A DNA stretch of 57,400 nt. It comes from a virus (taxonomy: Duplodnaviria; Caudoviricetes). The stretch lies in the IMG/VR virus record IMGVR_UViG_3300018432_000015, positions 1 to 57,400 of that record; one strand, given 5' to 3'. The notes under the pieces were generated by a model that did no database searches, was not told the origin of the DNA, and saw nothing but the letters and a program-made list of their open reading frames with translations. The translations under genes and the position numbers were made by a program. This document shows positions 45,997-55,763 of the stretch, in pieces. Positions within the stretch are counted from its first letter, which is position 1. Every line of letters starts with the position of its first letter.

Positions 45997-47516
45997 CACA
46001 TCTTCGCACGCGCGACGACGTGACTCAAGAGCTTGGGCGCTTGGAAGGCACGTTCAATCGCTTCGGCAACGGGATCGAATCGCAGTTCAAGCGGCTAGGC
46101 GGCGTCATCGCGGGAGCCTTCGCGGTAAATCAGATCGTGGCATTCGGTAAAGAGAGCGTGCAGGCGTTCAGCGAAGCACAGGACGCGGAGTCGAAATATG
46201 TCGCAATGCGCAAAGCGTCCAACAACGCAACCGGCATTGCTGTCGAGCAGATGAAAGAGTTGGCCGCGTCCATCCAAGCGACTACGCGTCACGAAGACGA
46301 TCACATCATCTCGGTCGCGGCCACGCTTCTCAAGTACAACAACTTGACGGACGACGTGTTTCCGCGGACCATCAAGCTCGCTGCCGACATGGCGGAGATA
46401 TTCGGCTCGCTGGACGGCGCGGCAGCTCAGCTTGGCCGAGCCCTCAACGACCCGATGTCCGGCATGCGCATCTTGCGAATGGCGGGCGTCGAGCTCACCG
46501 ACGAGCTCAAGGATCAGATCAAGACTCTCACCGACACCGGCCAAACGGCGGCTGCGCAGGAAGTCATCTTCGGCGAGCTCGAGAAGCGCTTCGGCGGGCT
46601 CGGCAAAGCGATGGGCGACACGTTCTCCGGCCAGCTAGAGAAACTGAACAACCAGTTCGGCGACATCAAGGAGACCATCGGCGAAGCATTGGTGCCGGCC
46701 ATCGAAGCGGTCTTGCCGAAGCTGAGCGATTTCGCCGCACGCTTCAAGATTGCGATGGATGTGCCGACCACGGCCATGAACAATTTGCCGAGTGCACAGA
46801 AGAGCGCGACGCCCGGCATCTTCTCCGGCGTCACCGGCGCCATCAGCAACATGACGGGCGCGGCCAGCGACATGGGCATCAATGCGATGGCCAATCTCGA
46901 CACCGCGGCCAAGTTGGGCGGTGGCATCGCGTCGATGGCGTTCGGCGAGACTGCATTCGGCGCAGACTTGGTGAAAGACGCGATCGAGACGTTCGAGAAG
47001 CGTCAAGAGAAGTTCGCGCAGGGCGGTCCGAAAGAGCCGGTGATCAAGCCCGAGCACGACCAGAAGTACGAGGAGATGTTCGGCGGCGAAGCGTGGCTCA
47101 AGGGTCTCGAGAACAAGGCGAAAGAATTCGAGAAGGGCGTAGAGGACATGCTCAAAGTCGAGGACGAAGTCATCAAGGCGCAGCAAGAAGCGGCGGAAAA
47201 GTGGGAAGAGAATCAGAAGAAGGTGGCCGAAGACATCGATAAGATGAATCGCGAGGACTGGGGCGTCGAGACGAAACCGAAAGACACGTCGTTCCAGTCG
47301 AGCATCTCGAGCATGCAGGACACGTTCAACCGCATCAGCGCGGCCGCGTCGTCGCGCGAGGAGAAGCCCGAAGACAAGATCATCAAGGTCAACAAGGAGA
47401 CCACGAAGGAAGTGGTGGGCCGACTGGATAAAGCGGTGGAAGCACTCAACACCACCGCGCCGAAGCTTGACGAGGTGAACAGGTCAATCCGCGAGATGGA
47501 CACGGGACTAGCATAG
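45975..47516 (+). CDS. Tape measure protein (short, 513 aa)
   Basis: Ala-rich helical; LGRALNDP, FSGQLEKLNNQFGDIKETIG. Confidence 0.85.
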   Translation: MAGPEVVTHLRTRDDVTQELGRLEGTFNRFGNGIESQFKRLGGVIAGAFAVNQIVAFGKESVQAFSEAQDAESKYVAMRKASNNATGIAVEQMKELAASIQATTRHEDDHIISVAATLLKYNNLTDDVFPRTIKLAADMAEIFGSLDGAAAQLGRALNDPMSGMRILRMAGVELTDELKDQIKTLTDTGQTAAAQEVIFGELEKRFGGLGKAMGDTFSGQLEKLNNQFGDIKETIGEALVPAIEAVLPKLSDFAARFKIAMDVPTTAMNNLPSAQKSATPGIFSGVTGAISNMTGAASDMGINAMANLDTAAKLGGGIASMAFGETAFGADLVKDAIETFEKRQEKFAQGGPKEPVIKPEHDQKYEEMFGGEAWLKGLENKAKEFEKGVEDMLKVEDEVIKAQQEAAEKWEENQKKVAEDIDKMNREDWGVETKPKDTSFQSSISSMQDTFNRISAAASSREEKPEDKIIKVNKETTKEVVGRLDKAVEALNTTAPKLDEVNRSIREMDTGLA

Positions 47517-47520
47517 TAGC

Positions 47521-48315
47521 ATGGGACTTTACACGACCAACACGAATGCGCACGAGGTGCTGAACACCCAGCGCGAAGACTACGATGCCGACAACGGCAG
47601 CGCGAATGCTGCGGTTACGCTCATCGTTCCTGCGGCAGATCGGTACATCATCGTCAGCGAGATTCTCGCGAACGCATATGTCTGGCCACACGGTGCCAAT
47701 CCGGCCATCGCGAGCAAGATTGGAATCGTGCCAGCGCCCAACAGCAACGCGACCGAAGTCAACGGCACACTGCTATATGACTTCTATCATCTCAACATCG
47801 CGTACACGACCAAGAAGCCGGAAGGCGGGCAGACCACCGACGGCGATGGCAACGTGTACAGCGAAGAGCTCGTCCCGCTCACCGAGCACCAGACGCTCGA
47901 CTACAATGACTATGAATGGGACAACAGCAATCCGCTCAAAGAGGGCGAAGCACCGACGAAGATCGTTCGCTCGTTCAACTACGTGCGCACCATCTTCAAC
48001 TTGCAGCCGCCGCTCTCGGGCTCGCTGCTCGATGCACCCGGATGCGTCAACAACGCGGCGTTCTTGAGCCCGTCGCTCGGCATGTTCTTCCCGGCAGAAT
48101 CACTGCTTTTCGGCGATCCCAAGATCAGCCGTCAGTACTCGCTCACGACTGGCTTCAGCGGCATCACGCTTCAGACTTCGTTCGCGTTTCGCAAAGACGG
48201 ATGGAACAAGTTCTGGCGAGCGAAGACAAACGCTTGGGCCGAGATCAAAAAGAAATCAGACGGCGCCGTCGTCAAGCCTTATCCGCCCATTGACTTCTCG
48301 TTCTTGCTGTTCTGA
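47521..48315 (+). CDS. Putative tail tip protein
   Basis: Synteny after TMP. Confidence 0.55.
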   Translation: MGLYTTNTNAHEVLNTQREDYDADNGSANAAVTLIVPAADRYIIVSEILANAYVWPHGANPAIASKIGIVPAPNSNATEVNGTLLYDFYHLNIAYTTKKPEGGQTTDGDGNVYSEELVPLTEHQTLDYNDYEWDNSNPLKEGEAPTKIVRSFNYVRTIFNLQPPLSGSLLDAPGCVNNAAFLSPSLGMFFPAESLLFGDPKISRQYSLTTGFSGITLQTSFAFRKDGWNKFWRAKTNAWAEIKKKSDGAVVKPYPPIDFSFLLF

Positions 48316-49028
48316 TGCCAGAGAATCCGGCTGGTCTGATGCACTATGCGCGCGGCGAGCGGCTCCGAGCCGATACCGTGAACGCACTCATCGACGCGAT
48401 CCAGCGCGGCGACTTCGACGTGCGGCGCGCGCCGTCGCGCGAGTGGCCAATTCCGTTCAAGAACACCAACGTGGCGGAGATGCCTGCGTTCGGAGTGGCC
48501 GAGATCAAGAGCCCGCTCGTCATAGCGGACATGCTCGGCTGCAATGTCGACAAAGTGCCCGGCAGCAACGCGGAGCTTCGTCGACGCTACTTGGTCAACG
48601 GACCGACTCCCGCGCGGGCGAGCGGCACCGGATGGGGTTGCCTGCTGGAGTCGGCCAACTGGATTCTCTACGAGACTGGCGACGGCGTGCCGGATGTCAA
48701 CAGCGAGTGGGGCGTGGTGCCGGGAAGTTGGAAGATCGGTAAAGATCGCTATGGCTTCCGACCACGCGGTGCGACGCAGTCGAAGTACGGTGGCGTGGTA
48801 CTGGCCGACCAGCACGAGCTCACCAACGTACTGTGCAAGGCCGCGAGCGTCCCGTGGGAAGTTGGCAGCGACAAGACCGTGAATGTCTGGAAGAAAAATT
48901 TTTCGGCCACCACGAGCATGACCGTCACGCTGGCGCGAAACTATACGACGAAGATCAGCAACACCAACGACGAGCTCGTCGGGACGTGGTACGCGGGCGG
49001 GCTCGTCGTCGCCAAGTTGAAGTGCTAG
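48315..49028 (+). CDS. Putative tail tip protein
   Basis: Synteny; GERLRADTVNALID N-terminus. Confidence 0.55.
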   Translation: MPENPAGLMHYARGERLRADTVNALIDAIQRGDFDVRRAPSREWPIPFKNTNVAEMPAFGVAEIKSPLVIADMLGCNVDKVPGSNAELRRRYLVNGPTPARASGTGWGCLLESANWILYETGDGVPDVNSEWGVVPGSWKIGKDRYGFRPRGATQSKYGGVVLADQHELTNVLCKAASVPWEVGSDKTVNVWKKNFSATTSMTVTLARNYTTKISNTNDELVGTWYAGGLVVAKLKC

Positions 49029-49029
49029 C

Positions 49030-49701
49030 ATGAGCTTAACATTCTGTCACTGCTGCAAGCGACCTATCGGCATTGACCAACTTGCCTCTTCCTGGCAGAG
49101 CGGTGCGCTGTCGTGGGTCTTCTTGTCGGAATATGCACCGATCACCTTCGTAGAGTGGCTGTCCACCGACATCGCGGCGTTGGATCAAGTTCACGTGATC
49201 TTTGCTGGCAACCGCAGCGAGTGCGGCAACGCGATTAGGTTCGCGGAGGCCGACTGGCCGGCAGTGCGCGCGTGGATCGAGGCGGGCGGTCGCTTTCATC
49301 TCGCGACAGAACACTCGGGCAATCATCCGGAAGTCGGCGGCGAGTACGAGACTGGATTCAAATGCCTTCAAGACATGGCGCGAGTGAACGCTTTCATCGC
49401 GGCGATGGGCGGTACGATGACATATCGCGGCGGCGATTTTGTGGATAACAGCATTGCCACGCCCGGTACTGCGCTCATCGCCACGGTCAACAGCTACGTT
49501 AATAATCGCATCGGGCATCTCGAACCAGGATCGGGCAAAATCGTCTTCACGGGCAACATCTCGGGCAAAACTGCGATGGTGGCCGAAAAGTTAGGCAACG
49601 GCTTTCTCTTCGTTGAGGGCGACAGCAACTCATTCGGCGGCACGACTCCTAATAATTATTACTACAAGCTGTGGCACGACGCGGACGACGAAATTTACTG
49701 A
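49030..49701 (+). CDS. Hypothetical protein with N-terminal CHCC motif
   Basis: Last gene before the next promoter. Confidence 0.6.
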   Translation: MSLTFCHCCKRPIGIDQLASSWQSGALSWVFLSEYAPITFVEWLSTDIAALDQVHVIFAGNRSECGNAIRFAEADWPAVRAWIEAGGRFHLATEHSGNHPEVGGEYETGFKCLQDMARVNAFIAAMGGTMTYRGGDFVDNSIATPGTALIATVNSYVNNRIGHLEPGSGKIVFTGNISGKTAMVAEKLGNGFLFVEGDSNSFGGTTPNNYYYKLWHDADDEIY

Positions 49702-49708
49702 TTCGCTA

Positions 49709-49737
49709 TTGACACACTCTTCACGATCTGCTATAAT
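49709..49737 (+). promoter_or_regulatory. Consensus sigma70 promoter with extended -10
   Basis: TTGACA-N17-TATAAT with TG before the -10. Confidence 0.9.
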
Positions 49738-49778
49738 AGCCGACGTCAGGTCTGCATACCGAATACTGGAGAATCAGA

Positions 49779-50435
49779 ATGAAGCCGCTCATCGTGCACC
49801 CGGACGATTACGTCCAAGCTCATGCCGTCGACGCCGCGACGGAAATCGCCGACGCATTTTGCGAGGCAAATCATCTTCCGTTCGCGCACATCGCTCCACG
49901 CGACTGCCGCGGATACCGCGGGTACTACCGCGCTCACAAGAACGTCATCGGGAAGTTCTGGCAAGGATATGTCTACTATGATCCAAGCGGGTGCATTCGG
50001 CCAGTCAAAGTTCCCGGCTACAAGTGGAGCTTCACCGGCTACAAAGCGGACAACACCGCACCTGGTGTCATCGCGCACGAGATCGGCCACCACGTCTGGG
50101 AGTGCCGCGTGCGCATGGACGATGGCCGACGTCATCACTGGACGCACGAGCAGCTTGAGAACTACTGGGCCGAACACCGCGCAAGCGAGCGCGACGTGAC
50201 GAGCTATGGCGCCACCTGCGTGGCCGAAGACTTCGCTGAGACGGTGAAGCTGTTCGTGCTGAACCCGGACTTGCTGCGGCTCGGGCGTCCTCGCCGCTGG
50301 TCGATGCTTGTGGACGGATTCGGACTTCAGCCTGTCATCGACGCCGACTGGCAGACCGTCTTGCAGAACGCGCACGAGAAATTGCTGGCAGCCGCGGGAA
50401 ATTTTATTTCGACTGGACAGGTGGACTCCGAATAG
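49779..50435 (+). CDS. Zincin-type metallopeptidase
   Basis: IAHEIGH…TSYG…EDFAE. Confidence 0.75.
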   Translation: MKPLIVHPDDYVQAHAVDAATEIADAFCEANHLPFAHIAPRDCRGYRGYYRAHKNVIGKFWQGYVYYDPSGCIRPVKVPGYKWSFTGYKADNTAPGVIAHEIGHHVWECRVRMDDGRRHHWTHEQLENYWAEHRASERDVTSYGATCVAEDFAETVKLFVLNPDLLRLGRPRRWSMLVDGFGLQPVIDADWQTVLQNAHEKLLAAAGNFISTGQVDSE

Positions 50436-50450
50436 CCGATACAGTATAGT
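50422..50450 (+). promoter_or_regulatory. Putative sigma70 promoter
   Basis: TGGACT-N17-TATAGT. Confidence 0.6.
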
Positions 50451-50492
50451 AGTCAGATCAGACGTGACCCTTAGCATACTGGAGACTGGACA

Positions 50493-51110
50493 ATGACGGA
50501 AGCATTCATACGATCGGTCAAGCTCGTCACGGCGGGCAAGATGCAGTTCCAAGTGGTGGACTGCAAGACGGGCAAAATTCTGCGGATGGCGAGCTGCTCG
50601 CTTCCGAAGCTGGTCAACGGCATGCGAGCCGAGGCCGCCGGATCGCACAAGGCACGGGCACTGCTTGCTCGCTGGTGCATGAACAACGGTGTGATGATGG
50701 TGGACGAGCCGAAGATGATCATCTGCGAGCAGGAAGACACGACTGCTCGCGCCGTGCGGCTCGTGGAAGAGAAGCGTGTTGATCGCACGCTGGTCATTCT
50801 CGACGAGAGTCACGATGCCAGTCCCGCCATCAAAGCCGCGCTGCTTGACATGCGCTCGGGAGGCGGTCGCGCGGCGATGAAGCGACAAGACTTCGTTACT
50901 GGCAATCAAGCGTACGTCGTGCTCGGCGGCGAATGGGAAGGTTGGGTTGAGATCGTCAGCATCGACGACGACGGCGAGTACTTCGAGTTCAAGTGGCCGA
51001 AGGACGTCTATCGCGGCATCACGGCGCCATGTGAACGAATCGACGCGAGTCTCAGCTACATTGCTTCGCTCCAAGAAATCAGCTATGACCGGTCAGGAGG
51101 TGGCCGATGA
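50493..51110 (+). CDS. Hypothetical protein
   Basis: ATACTGGAGA leader. Confidence 0.65.
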   Translation: MTEAFIRSVKLVTAGKMQFQVVDCKTGKILRMASCSLPKLVNGMRAEAAGSHKARALLARWCMNNGVMMVDEPKMIICEQEDTTARAVRLVEEKRVDRTLVILDESHDASPAIKAALLDMRSGGGRAAMKRQDFVTGNQAYVVLGGEWEGWVEIVSIDDDGEYFEFKWPKDVYRGITAPCERIDASLSYIASLQEISYDRSGGGR

Positions 51111-53092
51111 GAGCGATGTCCGACGCTACAGCAGCGATGCTGACGCCGATCAACCTCTCGCCGACTGACCGGCTCGAGCTCGAGATCGACAAGGAGCAGA
51201 AACGCTTCCGCGCGCGAGTGTTCGGCGCGGAATCAAACGGCATGCGGAACTGGCCGAGCATCACAGCCCGCCAAGCGTGGCAGGCCCGCATTCCCGAGAA
51301 GAAGCAGCTCGACGGTGCGAACCTCTGGCAGATCGCAGCCACCGACTACACCGCCGAGATCATCAACGCGACGTGGCCGAAGGACCAGCTCGTCTTCGCC
51401 GACGAGAAGTCACGCTTGGTGTTCGCTGGACTGCTGCTCGAGACTACTATACAGGACCAGATTGCCGAAGCATACGCGCAGTTCAAATTCAACGGCACAC
51501 TGCCCGACGAATGCGACGAGCTCGAGCTTCATCCGAATCCTCTGCTTCAGCTCAAGGGCTACCAGAAGTTCGCGCTGTGGGCTTCGATGCGAGCTCGCGG
51601 CTACAATCTGTTCATGGAGCAAGGAACGGGCAAGACTCCCGTCAGCGTCGCTCGCATCATGAACGAGTGCCGTCGCAATAGACTGGCTGGCGACGATCAC
51701 ATGCTCCGCGTGCTGGTCGTCTGCCCGAAGAACGTGCGGCTGAACTGGCAGCGAGAACTGTGCAAGTTCTGCACGCGACCCGGCAAAGTGGAGATCATCA
51801 AGGGCGGCTTCATGGACCGCACGTCGATGATCATCGAAGCGATGCTGCCCGACGGCGACTCGCAGTGGTCGGCCTGCGTGATGTCCTACGAGGGAATGTG
51901 CAAGACATGGGAGACCCTCGAACACTTCCAGTGGGACTTGGTCATTCTCGACGAGGGTCACTACATCAAGTGGCCGCTTACGCAGCGAGCGCAGTACTCG
52001 TTCAAGCTGCGCGAGGTGGCGAAGTCTCGTATGGTGCTGACAGGCACGCCCATCTGCAATTCACCGCTTGACATCTACTCACTGTTCGAGTTTGACGGCG
52101 AGGGTTGGTCCGGCTTCCAGGACTACAAAGCGTTCAAGGAGTTCTACGGAGTGTTCGTGCCGACGGACGGCGACGGTCACTCGAAGCTCGTCGCGATTCA
52201 GAACAAGCCGTTCATGCAAGAGCGGCTCGCTCGGACGTCGTTCATCATCACGAAGAAGGAGGCTCTGCCTGACCTTCCCGAGAAGGTGTACGACGTCATC
52301 GAGGCAGATATGACCGATCAGCAGCGCAACGCGTACGCGGCGCTGGCCGAGAAGATGCTGCTCGAGATTGAGAGCGAAATGGCCGACACTCGCAACAAGA
52401 CGATGACAGTGCAAAACATCCTGACGAAGCTGCTTCGGCTCGCTCAGGTCTGCGCCGGCTATGTCGTCTGGGACGAAGTGGTCGACCCGAACTCGCTCGA
52501 GGTAGTCCAATCGAAGAGCCTCGAATACTTCGAGAAAAACCCGAAGCTCGACGAACTGGTCGCGCAGCTGAAGGACAAGACGCCGCAGCAGAAGACGATC
52601 GTGTGGGCCTGCTTTGTTCCGGCCATCAAGCAGATCAGCGAGCGGCTCACCGCCGAAGGCATCCGTCACGTGACGTTCTACGGCGGCACGAAGGACGACG
52701 ATCGTGCCGAGGCGGAACGGTTGTTCAACTATGATCCTGACGTGCGAGTGGTCGTCGCGAATCCCGCCGCCGGCGGCACCGGGCTGAACCTGCTCGGCCA
52801 CCCGCCGGACGTCGAAGAGAGCCGCAACGTCGATACCGACTGCGACCACCACATCTACTATGCGTGCAACTGGTCCTACGTCCAGCGCGCGCAGAGCGAA
52901 GATCGGTCGCACCGGATCGGCACGCGCAAGTCGGTGAGGATCAGCGACCTCGTCATACCCGAGACGCTGGACGAGGACATCCGCGTGCGAGTCCTCGAGA
53001 AGAAATTGATGGCTCTCGACATCGCCGACATCCGGGAGATACTTCAGTCTGTGATAACGGGACTGGGAAAGAGAGGGTCCGATGAGACCTAG
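51107..53092 (+). CDS. SNF2-family (SF2) helicase
   Basis: EQGTGKT, LDEGH, LTGTP, GTGLNL, QSEDRSHRIG. Confidence 0.93.
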   Translation: MRAMSDATAAMLTPINLSPTDRLELEIDKEQKRFRARVFGAESNGMRNWPSITARQAWQARIPEKKQLDGANLWQIAATDYTAEIINATWPKDQLVFADEKSRLVFAGLLLETTIQDQIAEAYAQFKFNGTLPDECDELELHPNPLLQLKGYQKFALWASMRARGYNLFMEQGTGKTPVSVARIMNECRRNRLAGDDHMLRVLVVCPKNVRLNWQRELCKFCTRPGKVEIIKGGFMDRTSMIIEAMLPDGDSQWSACVMSYEGMCKTWETLEHFQWDLVILDEGHYIKWPLTQRAQYSFKLREVAKSRMVLTGTPICNSPLDIYSLFEFDGEGWSGFQDYKAFKEFYGVFVPTDGDGHSKLVAIQNKPFMQERLARTSFIITKKEALPDLPEKVYDVIEADMTDQQRNAYAALAEKMLLEIESEMADTRNKTMTVQNILTKLLRLAQVCAGYVVWDEVVDPNSLEVVQSKSLEYFEKNPKLDELVAQLKDKTPQQKTIVWACFVPAIKQISERLTAEGIRHVTFYGGTKDDDRAEAERLFNYDPDVRVVVANPAAGGTGLNLLGHPPDVEESRNVDTDCDHHIYYACNWSYVQRAQSEDRSHRIGTRKSVRISDLVIPETLDEDIRVRVLEKKLMALDIADIREILQSVITGLGKRGSDET

Positions 53093-53495
53093 AGTGTTCA
53101 TGCTCATGGAGCACCGCAATGTCGACGTCAGCAGCGCGTCGTCGTTCGGCCAACTGATTTATCTATTTGCCAACGGCGAGTCGCGTCCTACGTTCTGGGA
53201 CCCAGCATTCATCGATGAAGCGATACATCGGCTATGGACGCGGGAGTTCGATCCGGCTATAGATTATTTCATGGTGGCCGGACACATGGCCCCGCTGGTG
53301 AAGCTGTGCTGCGCGCTGACACAAGTCTATCCGAGCACGCGGGGATTGTTCTGGGACTCGATCGAAGCACGCTACGTCGCGCAACCGTTACTCATACTGG
53401 AGACCGTCGATGATGAACCCACTGTTGGTCAAGTTGTTCCGGGAAGCGCGAGCGATGCACGAGTCGCTCGTGACGGCCGACGCAGAACTGCGTAG
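53082..53495 (+). CDS. Hypothetical protein
   Basis: GAGGG SD; operonic overlap. Confidence 0.6.
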   Translation: MRPRVFMLMEHRNVDVSSASSFGQLIYLFANGESRPTFWDPAFIDEAIHRLWTREFDPAIDYFMVAGHMAPLVKLCCALTQVYPSTRGLFWDSIEARYVAQPLLILETVDDEPTVGQVVPGSASDARVARDGRRRTA

Positions 53496-53985
53496 GCTAA
53501 TCAATCAAACGCCGTGTCGCGAGACACAGGCAGATACGGCGTACGCGCTGCGCGAGACGTCGAAGTTCGCGGACGACGTGCGTAAGCGGTGCGACGAGCT
53601 GAGCGCGCTCGCGCAGCGACTCGCCTGCGTTCTCTCGGTGGCCGAACAAAACACAAGCACGATTCGCACGGAGCGCTGCTCGGCCACGCTAGACATCAAG
53701 AGCATCGCGACCATTCCGAAGCAGTCGACTCATCCCGAGCAGTTCGCACAGCTGATGGAATACCTCGGTGTCGCGCGGCATCTCTGGGAAGTGCCGAACG
53801 AGGCCGAAGTTGAGGAAGAGAGCGAGCGCATGCACGCGATCGTGAAGCCACACTTCCCGGGTCTCGTCCAGCACCTCAACCGGATGATGGCGGAGGGCAA
53901 GCCGCTGCCGCCGGGCCTCGACCTCGACAAGACGTACAACGACTATCGCCTCATCATTCGCAAAAAGAAGGGAGTCACGGAATGA
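53410..53985 (+). CDS. Hypothetical protein (replication module)
   Basis: ATACTGGAGA leader; C-terminal GKPLPPG. Confidence 0.7.
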   Translation: MMNPLLVKLFREARAMHESLVTADAELRRLINQTPCRETQADTAYALRETSKFADDVRKRCDELSALAQRLACVLSVAEQNTSTIRTERCSATLDIKSIATIPKQSTHPEQFAQLMEYLGVARHLWEVPNEAEVEEESERMHAIVKPHFPGLVQHLNRMMAEGKPLPPGLDLDKTYNDYRLIIRKKKGVTE

Positions 53986-54194
53986 ACGAGCCTCGCTTCA
54001 TGCGCGTCACCAGCAAGCAAGGACGCGTTTACTTGATAAACATCGAGAGCGTAATGCATGTCGTTGACGACTCAGACGGCGTGAACGTCTTTTGGTCCAG
54101 CAGATGTGGACAAGAGGGTTCGAAGTATCTATGCATACGAGAGTCCATCGAAGACGTCAAGCGAATGCTTGACGGCACTTATATCTGTAAATGA
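53982..54194 (+). CDS. Hypothetical protein
   Basis: ATGA overlap; IRESIEDV. Confidence 0.6.
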   Translation: MNEPRFMRVTSKQGRVYLINIESVMHVVDDSDGVNVFWSSRCGQEGSKYLCIRESIEDVKRMLDGTYICK

Positions 54195-54196
54195 AC

Positions 54197-54247
54197 TCGA
54201 CCAGCGCTGAACTGACGGCGCATCGCTGGCCGACAACACATGCCGTC
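54197..54247 (+). ncRNA. Predicted pseudoknot in the leader of the SSB-like gene
   Basis: CCAGCG/CGCTGG stem; loop GACGGCG pairs with TGCCGTC just before the SD. Confidence 0.6.
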
Positions 54248-54264
54248 TTCACAGGAGCCATCAC

Positions 54265-55116
54265 ATGGCAAAAGCAGTTCCAGCAACAGTAGAGAAGACC
54301 GGCGGACTAGCAGCGACGATGCCGGACTTCCTCGCGCGATCGGAGGGCGACGGCAACCTCCGCGAGATGAAGCAGTACGTGATACTGCCTCGTCTCAAGG
54401 TGGTGCAAGCGCTCTCGCGCGAGCCGTTTCGACCACGCTTCAACGAGGGCGACGTGGTCGCGACGCCCGTCATGATCCCGGTGTCCGAAGGCTCGAAGCC
54501 CGGCGACGTTCTGTTCCACTTGGTGCCGATCCTGTTCTATCCTGAGTGGATCAGTTGGAACCCGCGCAACGCGGGCCTCCCGGCGATCAAGGAGCGATCG
54601 TACGACCCGCGGTCGCAGATCGCGATCAAAGCGCGCAACGCGGACACGCGGCGTGAGCCGATTCCAGGACGCGTGGATGGGAACAACCAGCCGCTCATGG
54701 TGAGGCACCTCGAGCACCTCAACTTCGTGTTCGACTTGTGCAGCCCCGCTGAGCACGAGCTGGCCGGAATGCCGTTGACGATGTCGTTCGCTTCGGGCGA
54801 GCATCAGGCGGGCTCGCGTTTCTCGACGCTCATCTCGACGCGCAAGGCGAAGTGGTCCTTCGGTTGCGTGTTCGCGTGCAAGCTCGCGCAGCGCACGAAC
54901 GAGAAAGGCCGGTGGATGGGACTGGACATCGACAATCCCGAGCCGGCCAGCGGCATCTCGCCCTGGGTGACCGACAACGCGAAGTTCGATCAGTACATGG
55001 CCGCGTACCGAGAGTACAAGGAAGTGTACGACGACCGACGCTTGCAGGTCAATATGGACGACTTGGAGGACCCTGAAGTCGAAGTGACTGGTGCCGCCGC
55101 CGAGACGAAGTACTAG
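54265..55116 (+). CDS. Putative single-stranded DNA-binding protein
   Basis: ILPRLKVVQALS; acidic C-tail with terminal aromatic residue; replication module. Confidence 0.6.
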   Translation: MAKAVPATVEKTGGLAATMPDFLARSEGDGNLREMKQYVILPRLKVVQALSREPFRPRFNEGDVVATPVMIPVSEGSKPGDVLFHLVPILFYPEWISWNPRNAGLPAIKERSYDPRSQIAIKARNADTRREPIPGRVDGNNQPLMVRHLEHLNFVFDLCSPAEHELAGMPLTMSFASGEHQAGSRFSTLISTRKAKWSFGCVFACKLAQRTNEKGRWMGLDIDNPEPASGISPWVTDNAKFDQYMAAYREYKEVYDDRRLQVNMDDLEDPEVEVTGAAAETKY

Positions 55117-55212
55117 CGGTGATTTCCCACCGAGTGCATGCAAGACCGCTTCGGGCGATTGCATGAGGGTCGACCTGGGATACACTGGCGGGTGGTGACT
55201 CGGACCTGCCAG
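55117..55212 (+). ncRNA. Predicted multi-stem structured RNA
   Basis: TCCCA/TGGGA, CATGCAA/TTGCATG, CTGGCGGGT/ACCTGCCAG, CCGAGT/ACTCGG. Confidence 0.45.
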
Positions 55213-55226
55213 ATTTTGAGGCTCAC

Positions 55227-55661
55227 ATGGGATGCGACATTCACGTACACGTTGAAGTCAAGCACGAGACGCTCGGCTGGCTTCACTACAATCACCCGCG
55301 CGTCGAGCGCAGCTACGCGCTGTTCTACGCGATGGCCGGCGTCAGGCCGAGCGATGATTGGAAACACGATGTCATCGCACAGCCACGCGGATTACCTGAC
55401 GATGCCAACGTTACGACGCGGCTCGACTACGAAAAATGGGACGGCGATGCGCACACGGCGAGCTGGCTCGAGCGCGACGACATCAAGAAGCTTGAGAAAT
55501 GGTTGAACGAATGGACAGCGAAGCATGATGTTAGGGACAGATGGTGCCCGCTCGAGAGTCGCTTCGGTTATCTATTCGGCAACAGTTTAGCATTCAATCG
55601 CGACGAAAGCTATCCGTCTTGGATGACCGACGTGAGACTTGTGTTCTGGTTCGACAACTGA
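55227..55661 (+). CDS. Conserved phage hypothetical protein
   Basis: MGCDIH…PRGLP…RLVFWFDN pattern. Confidence 0.75.
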   Translation: MGCDIHVHVEVKHETLGWLHYNHPRVERSYALFYAMAGVRPSDDWKHDVIAQPRGLPDDANVTTRLDYEKWDGDAHTASWLERDDIKKLEKWLNEWTAKHDVRDRWCPLESRFGYLFGNSLAFNRDESYPSWMTDVRLVFWFDN

Positions 55662-55763
55662 GCTTGAGCCCTCCTGCCCACAAGTCACTACGGCCGTCTA
55701 ACGAGCACGAGTGGCCTCTGTTGGGCAGAGGCTCATCTTCGTACACTCATAGCATACTGAACA

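Noticed and set aside
3414-55185. Long minus-strand ORFs (e.g. 3414-4412, 5901-7073, 14172-15371, 40920-42131, 49746-51074)
   Set aside because: Antisense shadows of high-GC plus-strand genes with no recognisable motifs.
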